Origin: Lama glama
Taxonomy: Eukaryota
Length of the DNA stretch: 64,000 nt
Reading direction: 5' to 3'
Assembly (NCBI GenBank): GCA_028534125.1
Contig: CM052816.1
Location: forward strand, 89,716,001 to 89,780,000
Shown here: positions 24,836-38,160 of the stretch, in pieces
Layout of the letters: each line of letters opens with the position of its first letter
How positions within the stretch are numbered: position 1 is the first letter of the stretch
Position numbers and translations under genes: made by a program
The notes under the pieces: generated by a model
Database searches by the model: none
Seen by the model: only the letters and a program-made list of their open reading frames with translations
What the model was told of the DNA's origin: nothing

Positions 24836-25627
24836 CCAAAAAAACCCACCTCACATCAGACCCTCTGCTATGCTATTTCTATATCTCACGCCAGTGATGA
24901 TAAATAACAAACAATAATCACACATGCACGTGCCATGTGACTGCCTTTGTAACAGTCATGGGCCCTGGCGGGATGGTCACACCAATTTCACAGCTATGGC
25001 CATTAAAGCCCACGAGAGTTCTCTGACTGCCCAGGGGCCACAGCTGGTGGTCTGTCTCACCTCAAAGCCTGTGCTCTTTCACTCTGCTCTATTGCCCCCT
25101 GGCTCACCTCACAATTTTAAGGCACCCTTCTGCCCTTCGTCTTCAGCTTGTGACAAGTTTTTGGCTTCTTTTAGAGCAAATATCTTAAAGGAAAATCAAT
25201 TGCTTGCATTGTGCCTCTGGGAAGTGACAAACATGACACGAGGAAGATTATCAGATATGCAGGCCATTCATTCAGGCAAGAGCAGGAGCTTGGCAAGTAG
25301 TAGGGAATTACCTTGGCGGGAAGGAGCCACAGAAGGTGACAGGGAATGTTTTCAGTTCTTTAAAGAGTGCAGAGGGAAATGACTGCATTTCATAATAAAG
25401 TCAAAAATTCAATTTTTGCTCCCCACACTGATGAGAAAATATTAATGTTGGCAGAACTTCAATTAATCAAAATCCAGCAAAACAATATACTTCATAACTG
25501 TAAATTCACTTTTTAAACTTCACTTCCAATAGAATGAAGTAAAATGCATTAAAATATGCAGGATTATGGTTTCATTACAGAAAGCAAATTCTATTTTTAG
25601 TTTCCACGTACTGTTCTGTAAGTATAT

Positions 25628-25795
25628 ATAGTGGTGGGCTGAATCATGGCGCCAAAGATATGTCAGGATTCTAATCCTCAGAATGGTGGATATTATCTGA
25701 TATAGCACAAGAATAAATATTATCTTTATTTAGATGTGACTAAGTTGAAGTTCTTAAAAGGAAGAATTTCCCCAGGATTATCAGGATAGGTCCCA
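25628..25795 (+). mobile_element. MLT1 (MLT1C/D-like) LTR 5' part, cut off by the assembly gap
   Basis: GTGGTGGGCTGAATCATGG..CCAAAGATATGTC..CTAATCC..GATGTGACTAAGTT..GGATTATC. Confidence 0.7.
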
Positions 25796-26295
25796 NNNNN
25801 NNNNNNNNNNNNNNNNNNNNNNNNNNNNNNNNNNNNNNNNNNNNNNNNNNNNNNNNNNNNNNNNNNNNNNNNNNNNNNNNNNNNNNNNNNNNNNNNNNNN
25901 NNNNNNNNNNNNNNNNNNNNNNNNNNNNNNNNNNNNNNNNNNNNNNNNNNNNNNNNNNNNNNNNNNNNNNNNNNNNNNNNNNNNNNNNNNNNNNNNNNNN
26001 NNNNNNNNNNNNNNNNNNNNNNNNNNNNNNNNNNNNNNNNNNNNNNNNNNNNNNNNNNNNNNNNNNNNNNNNNNNNNNNNNNNNNNNNNNNNNNNNNNNN
26101 NNNNNNNNNNNNNNNNNNNNNNNNNNNNNNNNNNNNNNNNNNNNNNNNNNNNNNNNNNNNNNNNNNNNNNNNNNNNNNNNNNNNNNNNNNNNNNNNNNNN
26201 NNNNNNNNNNNNNNNNNNNNNNNNNNNNNNNNNNNNNNNNNNNNNNNNNNNNNNNNNNNNNNNNNNNNNNNNNNNNNNNNNNNNNNNNNNNNNNN
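25796..26295. other. Assembly gap, exactly 500 N
   Basis: Read directly from the sequence. Confidence 1.
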
Positions 26296-27084
26296 TTTTT
26301 TTTTAACAAGCTTCATATTAGCTCTCATTAATTTAAGAATGTGAGGCTTTGTGAGATGGCAAATAAATCATTCTTAGTAATTATGCCAAGGAAAGAACTT
26401 TGAGTATGGTTACAGACATGTGGAAGTGACTGGAGTCAAAAAAGTAAGAGGATCAAAAAGTGTATGAGGAATGACATATTGCCAGTGAAATACGTTATCT
26501 TAAAACCACCATTTTCCATGGGAATGTCAAAATGACTTATGGGTCCTCAAACTTGAGAAAGTAGGAATTAGGACAGTGATCATTAGAAATAATTGACAAC
26601 AAAGTTAGTTGCTTCCCAGCTAGGTTCCAGGGACCATGGACAGTGTAGTCCCTCCCAAGAGAGCAGATCATGCTCTAGTTAAAAAACTTTCTCTTCTTCA
26701 AGATGGAGGATTTGATGATCTGTCATAGGAGTTTATCCAGTCTATGTACAAAAATGTTTCTGCATTTCCATGCTTCTCTTTTAAATTGAAACTTTTTAGT
26801 GCTGTTATTCGCCCCACCCTTACTTCCCTTTGGGGCGTGTATTTTAGGTCAGCGTTTACCAGATCATGGAGAAACCCACAGAGAAGTGTCGGGAGATCCT
26901 GGACCGTGTGCACAATATATTGATTGAATGGGATTTGGGGTTGTTTCCTTTGAGAGAGCTTGAGATTGCTCGGGACACAAAAGGAAAGGCACATGAGAAT
27001 GTCTGTAGAATAGAGGGCAGATTATAGCAGACACTGTCCACCAAAAATTGTAATCTCTTTTCCACAGAATGTATTTATCGCTTG

Positions 27085-27510
27085 TAATGACTAACCAATC
27101 AGGAAGCCCTTTCCCCAGGTCCCCGCTTTCTGTTCCTCACATCCCTCCCTCTCGTCACATCTTTTCCTCACATCCCTCCCTCTTGTTGGGGTTAAATGAC
27201 TAGTTTGCTGCAATGAACATATGCTGGAGTGGTGTGTTTCACTTCTAAACTGAGGCTGGTGTGAAGTCAGTGTCCCAGGCATCCTCACTTCATTGCTGAT
27301 CAACTGAGTGTTCATGCGTAAAACTACCTCGAAGGTCAGATGTGGCAGATGTCAGTTTCCAACTCTGAATAGAGCAGAATTCTCCCCTTTCCTCTCTGTT
27401 GAAAAATCGTATGGGTCTGCAATGGGGGCAATAATTAAACTGTTGTTGTACCAAACCATTTAAACGTAGCAGTCTTTTTTACAGCAACTAGTATTATTAC
27501 ATAAATATTA
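27085..27510 (+). mobile_element. Old MaLR LTR (MLT1I/J-like)
   Basis: ATGACTAGTTTG..CAATGAA..GGAGTGGTGTGTTTCACTTCTAAACTGAGGC and an end ..AAACTGTTGTTGT..TTACAGCAACTAG. Includes a 20-bp direct duplication at 27133-27152/27164-27183. Confidence 0.6.
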
Positions 27511-28094
27511 CAATAATGACACAACATGTTGGTTTCATTTCTCCCTCATATAGTGGCAAGAATCTATATTTTAATTTTGCATTAGTCCTATCAATTTGTA
27601 GCTTTAGGCTAACCACAAATAAAGCAAATAAATCAACATATTTTTTAGTGCTATAAAATCATTGTTGCATACATATATATGGGCAAGTTTGTAAGATGGA
27701 AAAAGCTCTCTTATTATTATATATTGTATTTCAAAAGCGGCACACATGAAAAAGTCTATTTGTATTTAATCAAAGGGTATTTGATTGATAGCTGAGATGA
27801 ATTAAATTGCATTGTGATTTTGGAACAAGGGAAATATGCACATCTGTGACCACGTTATAAATGGTAGCAGCTATCAAAATTACACTGGGCTCTTGAGGGT
27901 TAGAACGTTATTAAATTAGGGAATATTTAGCTATTATTTAATAGCAGCATAATCAGTCAAGAGAATACACGTGATTTGACAGTGATCTCTTGAATATGTG
28001 TAATCTAGAGTTTGTGCAAAAGATTCAGGCAAGATTATTGTATCAGTCACAACATTTTTGGCTATACTTTTTACAAAGGAATTATGAATGTTTC

Positions 28095-28096
28095 TG

Positions 28097-28129
<33 letters not shown>

Positions 28130-28138
28130 ATCTATCTA
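28095..28138. repeat. Imperfect (TCTA)n tetranucleotide repeat
   Basis: Read directly from the sequence. Confidence 0.85.
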
Positions 28139-29029
28139 CAATCTGTCTTAATATTTTTTCTGCCAATTGAAAGAAAGTCACTTAACCTTAGATATTGTCA
28201 AGATACTTTACACTTCATAGACGTGTATGTAAATATTGGGCATACTTTTTGCATATTTTTCTTTTGTATGAAATGAAAGTCTTATGACATTAGGTAAAAT
28301 AATACGTTTACCTAGATTGCCACTACATTTAGTACAGGATGAAACTTCAGTTTCCTTGTCTAAAGAAGTATCACCTTCTACAAACAAATCAAAAAAAAAA
28401 AAATTAGTCGACCCTTAGTACTCAGTTTGCATGTTTCTATGAAACCAAATACGTACAATCTCATAAATTAAAAATTGAAGGCATTTAAAAAGAAAATATT
28501 ATCTCTGAGAACAGCAGAAATAACTTAAAGTTAAATGCACTTGTTCACAGGCGTTCAATAGATTAAAAACTGAAAAGTTCACTTTTCAATGTCTCACACT
28601 AACCTTATATAAGTATCACTGAGACGCTTAAATTTGATTTTATTTTCTTGCCTCTCTGTCCCTGCTTGCCATTTGATCAACAAGCAATCACCACTTGTTC
28701 TTGAACTATTTTTTCTTGAAGCATGTTTATGGTTTTTAAAATGTATTTATTTGGGGTGATCTTTCATTTGAATCACGCTGAGGAAAATGGAATCATAGAA
28801 AGATTCTTTATCTTTTTGGTTTATGACTGTCATAAACATGCTCTCTATTAGCTGTTATAGCATGGCAGACAAAAATAAAATTTAAAAACAACTAAACAAA
28901 AAAACCCAAACCTTAAGAAGTTCCTTTAAGAATGCATCTCCAAGATCAATTTGTTGGCAGCGCTCATTTCTCCTGATTTTCCTTCTCTTCTCACTGTGTC
29001 CCCAGAAGCCTTTTCCCTCTGTGCCTGTG

Positions 29030-29213
29030 AAAACAGTGTCACTTCCTTTCCTTAAAGGCATACTAGTCGTATTGGACATGGGCCGACCATATGACATCAT
29101 TCATCTCTACTTACCTCTTAAGAGACTCTGTCCCCAAACACAATCACACTCTGAGGTTCTGGGCGATTATGACTTCAACGTATGAATTTGTGGGGTCCAA
29201 TTTAGACCGTAAC
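29030..29213 (-). mobile_element. MLT1B/C-like LTR fragment
   Basis: CCAAACACAATCACACTCTGAGGTTCTGGG..GACTTCAACGTATGAATTT..CCGTAACA. Confidence 0.75.
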
Positions 29214-29644
29214 AGATAGATATGTATGTTTTTAAAAATATTTAAAATGTATTAATAAAGTGTAAAGAAAGTAGGAATTTCTCAGATGCCAGGAACTAAG
29301 GGAAATCAATAACACTGAAAAGCAAGAACACTAAAGTCAGTTTTCTGCATAAGAAATTTTGAGTTTTGTTTTCTTGGCCTTGCAAGAAGCAGGGGGCATG
29401 AAACAAATTGCAGAGTTCATACAAGTTCTGGAGTCTAATAGAAACCACCTCCTGCAGAAATATGATTAAAATTTTACATCCTGAATGTAAAAGCAAGCTA
29501 AAATGTAAGTGTACTCCCCCACAGGAGATGTAAAAATTTTGATTTACTTATTTAGACATATAGAAGGGATAGTTGAAAGTGAAAGAAAGTTGATAATTTT
29601 TTTTTTTACTATTCAGTTCTTATGGAAATTGCTTAGCAATTGCT

Positions 29645-30300
29645 TATTTTAATTATTTGAAGCATAAATTATATACAGCATAGTCTACAGATTGTATAGT
29701 TTGATAAATTTTACATAGTTATACACCCAACACCTGACACCACAGTAATGATATAGATCATTTCCAGCACCCAAAGGCTCCGTAGTGTTTCTTCCTTATC
29801 AATACCACACTCCCAAAAGGCAGCCAATAGTCTCACCTTTACTACTGTTGATTGGTTTTATCTGTCTTTGTACTTTAATTCAGGACTGGGAGTCGGGCAA
29901 GGCAAATGATGCTTTTGGCCTCTAAAACTTCAGTAATCAAGATAAATATTTTAAAGTAATATTTTTTAAAAAGGAAAATTATTGAAAAAAATCTACATGA
30001 CAAAATACAAAAACCCTAGATTTTGTATTGACAATCGAATCTTTGAATTTAGCTATGTTGGGGGGGTATACATCGATAACTCAAAGGGAACCTTCATTGC
30101 TGTCTTGTTTAATGATGAACGGTTTTTATTTGCTTATTTCTGTTTGAAAGCATCCTTTTGTGAAGGGTCTGTCCATGACTTCGACCATTTTTAAAACAGC
30201 ATTTTTCTTATTAATCTGCAGGAGTTCTTTATATATTCTGAATATAAATTCCTTATCAGGTGTATGCATTGAATATGCACGTTCTGGTTTCTTTCTTTTT
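29645..30300 (-). mobile_element. Old L1 (L1MB/ME) 3' region, fragmented, with a possible DNA-transposon piece at ~29880-30020
   Basis: ATCATTTCCAGCACCCAAAGGCTCC and GGAGTTCTTTATATATTCTGAATATAAATTCCTTATCAG. Confidence 0.7.
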
Positions 30301-30314
30301 CATTCATTAAGATT

Positions 30315-32590
30315 TCATCTTAATCCCTTCAACCTATAAATATATTACTTACTTGCAAAGATGCTGAAGATGTGATTAAAGATTAATTTAAAGGTCTTGA
30401 GATATAGAGGTTATCTTGGGCTCTCTGGTTGGGTCCATTGTAATCATGAAGGTCCTTATAAAAGGGAGACATAATCTAAGAGTCAGAGAAAGAGATGCGA
30501 CAACAGAAATGAGGGCTGTGATGACAATATGTTGCTGGCTTTCAAGATGGATGAAGAAGTCATGCTGAGTTATTGATTCTCCCCTGGTGTTTTCATAGGA
30601 AATTCAGCCCTATTGACACATTGACTATAGGACTTCTGACCTCCAGAACTCTAAGATACTAAATCTGTGGACTTTTTGGCCATGACATTTGTAGTAATTT
30701 ATTAAGCAGAAATAGAAAACTAATACAGATTTTGGTTCCTGAAAGTGTGGGGCTGCTGTGAGAAAGGTCTAAACATTTGGTTTAGGATTGAATAATAAGT
30801 AGAGCATGAGGAATTTTGAGGAGCATGATAGAAATAGTCTAGGTTGACTTGAACAGACTGTTAGCAAAAATATGAATATTAAGAACTCTGCTAGTAAGAA
30901 CTCAGGAAGTGAGGGCATGAGGGCATGATAGAGAAAAATCTACATTATCTTAGAGAATACATGCATCAGCATACACAGGGTTTTGGTAGAAACGGGGACA
31001 TTGAAGGAACTGCTGGTGAGGCTCAGAGGGAAATGAGCAACATGTTTTTGGAACCTGGATGAGAGGGAGTCATAATCACACAGTGGGAGAAATCTTATTT
31101 AGCTGAATTCCATCTGGTAGTTATATAAAAGGCAGAACTTGTAAGTGATGGACTTAGATAGCTAGCTGAGGAGATTTTCAAGCACATTGGAAAGGGTGTG
31201 ACCTAGTTTCTTCTCGTTGCTTATAGTTAAATTCTGCGTCCATAGGAAAGGAGAGAAGAACTGTCAAGCAAAAAAGCAGCCATGACTTGATGATAATGAA
31301 AAAGATGGTAAAATTAGGAGATTCAGTGTCTGAAAGCTGAGGATGTGGCTGGGCAACTTTGGCTAATGTCTTTGAAGGACCAAATTTAATTACCAACAGT
31401 CTCTATGAACAAATTCAACATGTGATTCATGATGCCCTCAGCCACATCAGCATAGAAACCAGGAATTGCAGGTAGGATTATCCAGGAGAGATCTATGAAG
31501 GAACCTGTTATCTAATGCAATGAATTTCCCTAAAACACACAGGAAACTCAGAAGGGTATTACAACTGTTACACCAACAGAAACACTGCAAGTATGGACTA
31601 AAAGACAAAGAAGGAAAACCAAAGAAGTCTCTAAGATTCCCAAAGTTCTACAGGAAGGGAGCAGGTGAATACAAATTGTCTGATGTAAACACATGACCTC
31701 TTCATGAAAAAGGAAGGATGATTCCAAGGCAAAACCATGAGCCAGAGCATGGACCTCTGAACCACAGAAGATTATTACCAAACCTTGAAACTGTTAGCCT
31801 AGGCTGATTTCAAATTGATGAGTGACTCCTTTTACCTTTCATTGTTTTCATTTTTGAAAGGGTATTGTATACAACTTGAATACTACGTCTGTCCCGCCAT
31901 TGTATTTTGGGAGCAAGTGACTTATTTTTTAGTTTTATGCTCAATATATGGAGTGGAATTTTGTCCCAGGGTCAGTCTGACCAGAGTCTCATCCACATCT
32001 GACTTAGATTATGAGATTTGAGGCTTTTGAACTGATGGCTATTAAAGGAAATCTTGGATAATGAGTTGATGCTCTAATGGGTTGAGACTTTTTGGGGTAT
32101 TGAGGTCAGGTGAATGCATTTTATATGTGGATGGATGTAAATCATTAGGGACCAGAAGACATCTCTGAAAATGTCTACATTTTAATTTTTGACTCTGTGC
32201 ATATGTACTGTCGGTGGAAAAAAAATTGCAGATATGATTAAGGATCTTGAGATGCAGGGATTATTGTAGATGATATAATGGACCCAATAAAATCATAAGT
32301 GCCCTTATAAGAGGAAGTCAAGAAGACAGAGACAGAAAGATTTAAGGATTCTATTCTGGTGACTTTGAAAATAGAGTAAGTGGCCATCAATCAAGTAACA
32401 GAGGTGGCCACCAGAATCCAGAAAATACAAGGAAATGAATCCTTCCCTAAATTATCCAGAAAGAACACAGTTTTTCTTGTATCTTGATTTTAGAAATTCT
32501 GGCTTTCAGAATTATGAAATAATGTATTTGTGTTGTTTTAAGCCTGTATATTTATGGCAATTTTTACAACATCAGTTGGAAACTAGTACT
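30315..32590 (+). mobile_element. Near-complete MaLR element: MLT1D-like LTR (~30315-30726), MLT1-int (~30727-32160), LTR (~32161-32590)
   Basis: Two homologous LTRs (GATGTGATTAA/GATATGATTAAGG..TCTTGAGAT; GACTTCTGACCTCCAGAAC/AAATTCTGGCTTTCAGAAT). The internal part starts GATTTTGGTTCCTG..GGGGCTGCTG and ends GGTGAATGCATTTT..GGGACCAGA. Confidence 0.85.
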
Positions 32591-32960
32591 CTCAGGGTTA
32601 AGAGACATTTGTTTACTTCAAATCCACAAGTGTATTTCCCTCCAATAACAATTTTATTGTTTTTACCTTTCACATTTAGGTATATATTCACCTCAAATTG
32701 CGTGGATAGTCACATAACCCAGAACTGTATCACTTCCACACTCAGTTACAATGGTGTTTTTGTTAGGAACAGATCACTGTACATTGTCACTCTGTTTCTA
32801 GACTCTGTCTCTATTTTGCTGTATTGGTCCATATTTCTTTCCTTACACTTTATTAATTATTAATATCTTATTTCTGATAAGAATTGTTTTCCATTTTTTT
32901 GTTATGATTTATATTTGTCCTAGTTATTCTAAGTCCTTTGACTTTCCATATATTACATGT
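32591..32960 (-). mobile_element. Continuation of the old L1 interrupted by the MaLR
   Basis: TTTTATTGTTTTTACCTTTCACATTTAGGT..GACTCTGTCTCTATTTTG..CCTTTGACTTTCCATAT. Confidence 0.7.
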
Positions 32961-35414
32961 ATAGATAAAAATGGGAAAAAAAGAGTTTTTCAAAAATAAA
33001 ACCTACTTAAAGACATTTCAAAATACTCTTCACCCATAATGTTCCACAACACAGAAGGAATGATAAACAAAGATGATGGCAACTATGTCGTTAATTCTAA
33101 GTAAACATTGACTGTTTTAAACCAGAACAACACATTTATGAGAACAAAATACAACTAAAATGCATCACAACAATGGAATATGTATTCCAGAGAAAAAAGT
33201 TAAAGTATTCTGAGTTGGATGATATGATTGAGAATGCTAACGATTATAATCCCTTTTCATTTCATATGCTAAATAAGCCTATTAAAATTTATAGGCTAAA
33301 TAAAATATTAATAGCAGACTATATAATTTTTTAACAAGTAGAGGTAAAAATTTAATGTAAATAATAATCCAAATAAAGCAAATAAAAGAGAATAGATAAA
33401 GAGAAAGCTGAGGTAAGACAAAAAGAAAGCCAAAAATATAAAATATTAAACTAAAATGGGTGACCTAAATATAAGGATGGCTGACTGATACCTGGTGAGC
33501 ATTGATCTTAGCTTCACTAGGTAACTTATATTTTAACCTTTACATATTTTCAAATGATACGGTCTCTCATCACCATACTGTTCATTCTCAAAACCTCAGG
33601 GTCTGTTAGTTTAGCTTCTGATGTGGAAAATACATTTATAATAGTTAGTCATTAGATTATTTTGGTCTTATTTTTTAAGTCAACTGTTTTTTATTTCTTA
33701 TAGTCCAGTATTTGCAACATTTTTACTGGCTCCATATGGTGGCTTATATCCATTTACAGATGCTAAGAGGAAAAAGAAACTAATAGTAGACAGTAATTTT
33801 GTGAGTACAAAGAATCATGGAAACACATTAAACACAGCAAAAGAGTATTCTGTGTTGAAATGATAATAAAATAAAAAACTAAACCAAATCTAAAATTAAG
33901 TTCAAGTAATATATGTGCTATAAAATAGTGACGTTATCAAAAATTTCTTAAATATAAAAGACCCTTAATATTACCTAGTCAAATATGATTATTTAGGAAA
34001 GTGATTTATGGCTGGATTTTTGTAGTAACACTCATATTTTTGAAATTTCAACAAAATAAATTATAAGATAAGAAAGTTTGAGGCGATTTCTACTACTGAA
34101 TACAAAGTAAACAACATGTTCATTGTAAGCTGCAGATTTTATGGCCACATTGAGATAGACCTTGTTGAAATGTAATTGACAAAATTAGGTTAACCATTGG
34201 GACACGATGTAAAGTTTATTTTTTAAGACTTTTGAGGACTAGAAAAGTGTCTGAATCTCCAGCACAGCTGCTTATATAAAATGTTATATAGATAAATACT
34301 TGCTTAATAAATAAATAGTTCTGTTCACAGATCCAAATGTTAGGTTTTAAATCAGATTTTCAGTTGTAATGTTTATGACGTTACAGGTTTTTTCATAGAC
34401 AGTGTTGTTTTTTTTTTTTCCCCTCAATTGATTAGAACATAAAACATTACAGAACACTTGAAATGTGGTGGGGATTGATGTTTTTCGATACTAAATGTTT
34501 AACGTGTTAAGTTTATGGAATCATTTTTAAAATTCATGTTTTACTTTTACAAAACAGCACAAAAATGTGGAGAATTGACACCAAATACTTATAAGCCAAG
34601 GGGACATTTCTTGAAGTTGGATAAATGATTGAGCAATATTAAATTAGCATCCATTTAGCTTAAAAGTATCTATCATTATTTTAACCAACGTGTTTTGGTA
34701 AGAAAACACTGTATACATTTTGTGAGAACAGTGAAAACAAAGTTGATGTAAAACTCCATTGGTAAGGAGCTGTGAGTTTCAGTTTATGTCCCTCCTGATA
34801 CCGCATTTTGTTTTGCTATCAAGGGAAATGTTCTCCACTTGCATGTGTGAAACACCCACAAATGTTAATGCCTATAAAATTAATTTCGGTCTCAGTCATC
34901 TGAACGTCCCATTTGGATTTTTCTGCAGAGAAAACAACATATGCTATAGCAGTTTCCCTTGATTAGTCTGACTTCTACCATGCATTCGTTTCCTTTCTTA
35001 ACGCACTTGTTGCTTCTTCTGAAATATTATATAGCTGAGTTATTCAAAGCCCCAGCAGAACAATGTATATAAATTTCAAATTTGTTTCCATACAACTGCT
35101 TATAATGGAGACAATCTAGTTCCCCCTAAGGTTTGATCAACATGTTTTTTTCCAATGGAATTTACCAGGTTGTGTTTATAACACTATGTTTTTAACACAG
35201 TGACAATGATATTTCTATGTTACTCTGGGAATGAATATTTGACTATGTTCTTCACTGTCATTAACCCTTAAAATATCACAACAGAATGTCATCTAAATTA
35301 ATATTTATATTTCAGATGTGATATAGGCACATTTGAAATGTCACATGACACAATATTTGTCTACACCTAATTTTTCATAGACAAGAGTGAAAAAATGAAA
35401 ATATAAAAACAAAG

Positions 35415-35612
35415 TACATAGGAAACTATATTTAATATCTTGTAATAAATTATAATGGAAAAGAATAAAAAAGAATATAGATATATACACATATTTATGT
35501 ATAAACAAATCACTTTGCTGTACACCTAAAACTAACAAAATATTGTAAATCAACCATACTTCAAAAAATTTAAATTTAAATTAAAAAATTTTTTAAATAA
35601 ATGAAAAAAAAT
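35415..35612 (+). mobile_element. Cetartiodactyl L1 extreme 3' end
   Basis: ATAATGGAAAAGAAT..AATCACTTTGCTGTACACCT..AACTAAC..TTGTAAATCAACCATACTTCAA followed by an A-rich tail. Confidence 0.85.
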
Positions 35613-36795
35613 ATACATTAGTCTTCTTTACCAAATAGACTAGAAAGACAATAATTGACCATTGGGACAAACCAGTTGATTATGAAAGATATTTTTCAAG
35701 GCTACTTGTTATGAGAGTTTCAGTTTGTTGTTTTCAAGAATTTTGATAATAGTTAAATTAAGCACATCTGAACATAGAATACTAATTTTAAAAAAGTGTT
35801 TTAAAACTACACAATGGGCAAATAAACAATTTTTAAAAAATCTTAGGGACACTAATTCTGTCTAACTATGTATTTCTAATGTGACACACAGTGAATAAGG
35901 AAGAAATGATAAAATATGAGGCATATGGAACAAAGTATTTCTATTGCCATCAACCCTTCACCAACTTAAAATGCCTTATTTGATGTTGACATATATCCAA
36001 ATTCAATCCATCTACTAGGAGCAAACTCAGGGATTATCTCTCAAAGTGAAATTTCCTGTACCTTTCAGCTGTTCTAAATTCACAAAGAAGAGCTGCTCTA
36101 AGCTACTCTACACTTAGAGTTTTTATTAATTTCTCTCTCTCTCCCTCTCTTTCATCAGATTTACAATATTTTGTGAGTGCTCAGTAAAATCAGACTTGAA
36201 GGACCAGGAAAAATGTTTATTTAATCCATGCATTTCTAAAGCAACTAAGACAGATATATCATATTATAACTATAATATTTGCTGGGTGACTATGAATATG
36301 TCAAGGAACTGATAAAAAGCCTATACTAGAGAGTCATGACTACATTTTTAAAAATTAAAGGCAAACTTGGGGATCAACATAATATAATTAAGGTAATTTG
36401 CATATTTCTTCCAAATGTGGTCAGTTAAAAAATACATGCATTAGGGCATCAAAGAATAAAAGGTCTAAATTGAAATGTTGTGCTTCAAAATTAAATGGTA
36501 GACTAATTCATATACTAGAGCATGTTTTATTATGTGAAATAAACATGGGGAAAATATTGTGTACCTTGTAGAAATGAAGCTTTGGCCTAGGTGTACCTCA
36601 GTGGGCGTGCCCGCTGCACAAGACAGATGTGTTGTCTGAGTGGAACTCTCCAAGGCTGGAGCTGACTTAATTCCTGACCATGGGAAAAAAGGTAGCTTCT
36701 TATACAACATCAGTGAAATGTGTTAGAGTAAACTCTTTGGCAAGATTGAATTTAAAATAATTCTGTACAATCTGTAAACCACTCCTCCGTCTCAA

Positions 36796-36814
36796 GCCCT
36801 GTAGGTGGCATCAG
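36796..36814 (+). promoter_or_regulatory. Candidate CTCF-binding motif
   Basis: GCCCTGTAGGTGGCATCAG resembles the core CCASYAGRKGGCR with one mismatch and lies in non-repetitive sequence. Motif match only. Confidence 0.35.
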
Positions 36815-38049
36815 TCATTGCCTATTAAAATATGGCCAGCAGTGCTGAGAAAGTAAAGAGAATGCAAGAGCACCGAAAGCCAAAAAACTGAACTCGTAAA
36901 CGAGAATCCACAAAAGGTGGTTGGCAGTGGTTGATGGCTAATAGGTGTGTGGGGAAGGAAGACGAGGTATATGGGAAGGGCTGGTGCAAGGGACAGCCCT
37001 TTTTTTCTGAATGCATTGTCCATAAAGATTAATCTGGAAGCATGTTATTGCACTATTCATCATAAGCTTTGCCTTCAAAATAAAAATAGTATTGCCAGCA
37101 GAATATTAGGTATGTTCATTTGTCATATTAAACACACAGTAATGCCATAGCTAACGATCTAGATACTGACATAGATAATAAAGGCATTGGATTAATTCTG
37201 CTCTCTGATGTAATCTTTGTATTCAGAGCTTCCACCGTCCAGGAAAATAAATAAACAGACAAAAGTAGCCATCCCAAATTTGTGGGAATATGTTCTAAGA
37301 CAAAAGGATAATTTCTATCATCTATTCAGATGTTCCAAATCTTTATGTCAACGGTAATAGAAAATAGAATAGCGTTGTGCTATGGAACCAATGTAATTTA
37401 AGAAAATAACAAAAATAACTGACCCCAAAATTGTTTGAATGTAGTCCATGCTAGGGGTCAGAGTAGTGGGAATGCAGTATTTTGTATCGGATCCTTTAAG
37501 ACAACTCACATTTCTGACTCCCTAAGTAAACCAGAGGACCAGGTCATCTGATGGGAGGTAATCTAACATCAGATGATCAGATACACAAAATAGCACTGCT
37601 TGCTCAAGATGAGTATTCCTAAGAGTTGTCTTCTGAGCGAGGAAAGCTGGAGTGCCCACGTGACCACAGATGAGCAAAGGACCCTTCACCTACTTCACCC
37701 GCGGTTCACCGGCAAATGTGGATTCTGCAGTGAAAATGATAAATTTGAAGTATAAAAAAAAGACAAGCTTTTAGAAATTATTGGAGAGTGTGAAAAATAA
37801 TGCATATGAATGGAAAAGTAAGAGTATATTCTAAATTCTTTTCCTCTAAATACAACTAGGGAATTTTTTTTACTGTTTTCCTTAAAACAAAGAAAAACAA
37901 AAGTAGTGTATTTTAGACATGAGCTCTCCAGCATCTAAAGGTAATGAGAAAGTATATGTATTACTATTTTTTTAATATACATATAAGATGCCATTCAAAT
38001 ATAAAGACCACAGAACTGCTTTGGGGGATTTCAAGTGAATATAGCCAAC

Positions 38050-38160
38050 ACAGCTCTGTGGTAACAGAAATGAACTCTGAAGCCTAGTGGCTTGGGTTCA
38101 AATCCTGGCTTTGCCATTTGACAGCTGTCTGAAAACTTTTGGTAAATCACTTCAAGAAAA
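38050..38160 (+). mobile_element. MIR SINE 5' fragment
   Basis: ACTCTGAAGCCTAG..TGGGTTCAAATCCTGGCTTTGCCATTTGACAGCTGT..GGTAAATCACTT. Confidence 0.75.

Noticed and set aside
24924..25382. 152-aa ORF
   Set aside because: The first half overlaps MIR-like sequence, with no recognisable domain or splice context.
25726..26328. 200-aa and 189-aa ORFs in the track
   Set aside because: Artefacts of translating through the 500-N gap.
37544..37576. Hairpin TCATCTGATG-N13-CATCAGATGA
   Set aside because: A 10-bp stem with a short loop is expected about once or twice by chance in 64 kb, and it is too short for a pre-miRNA.
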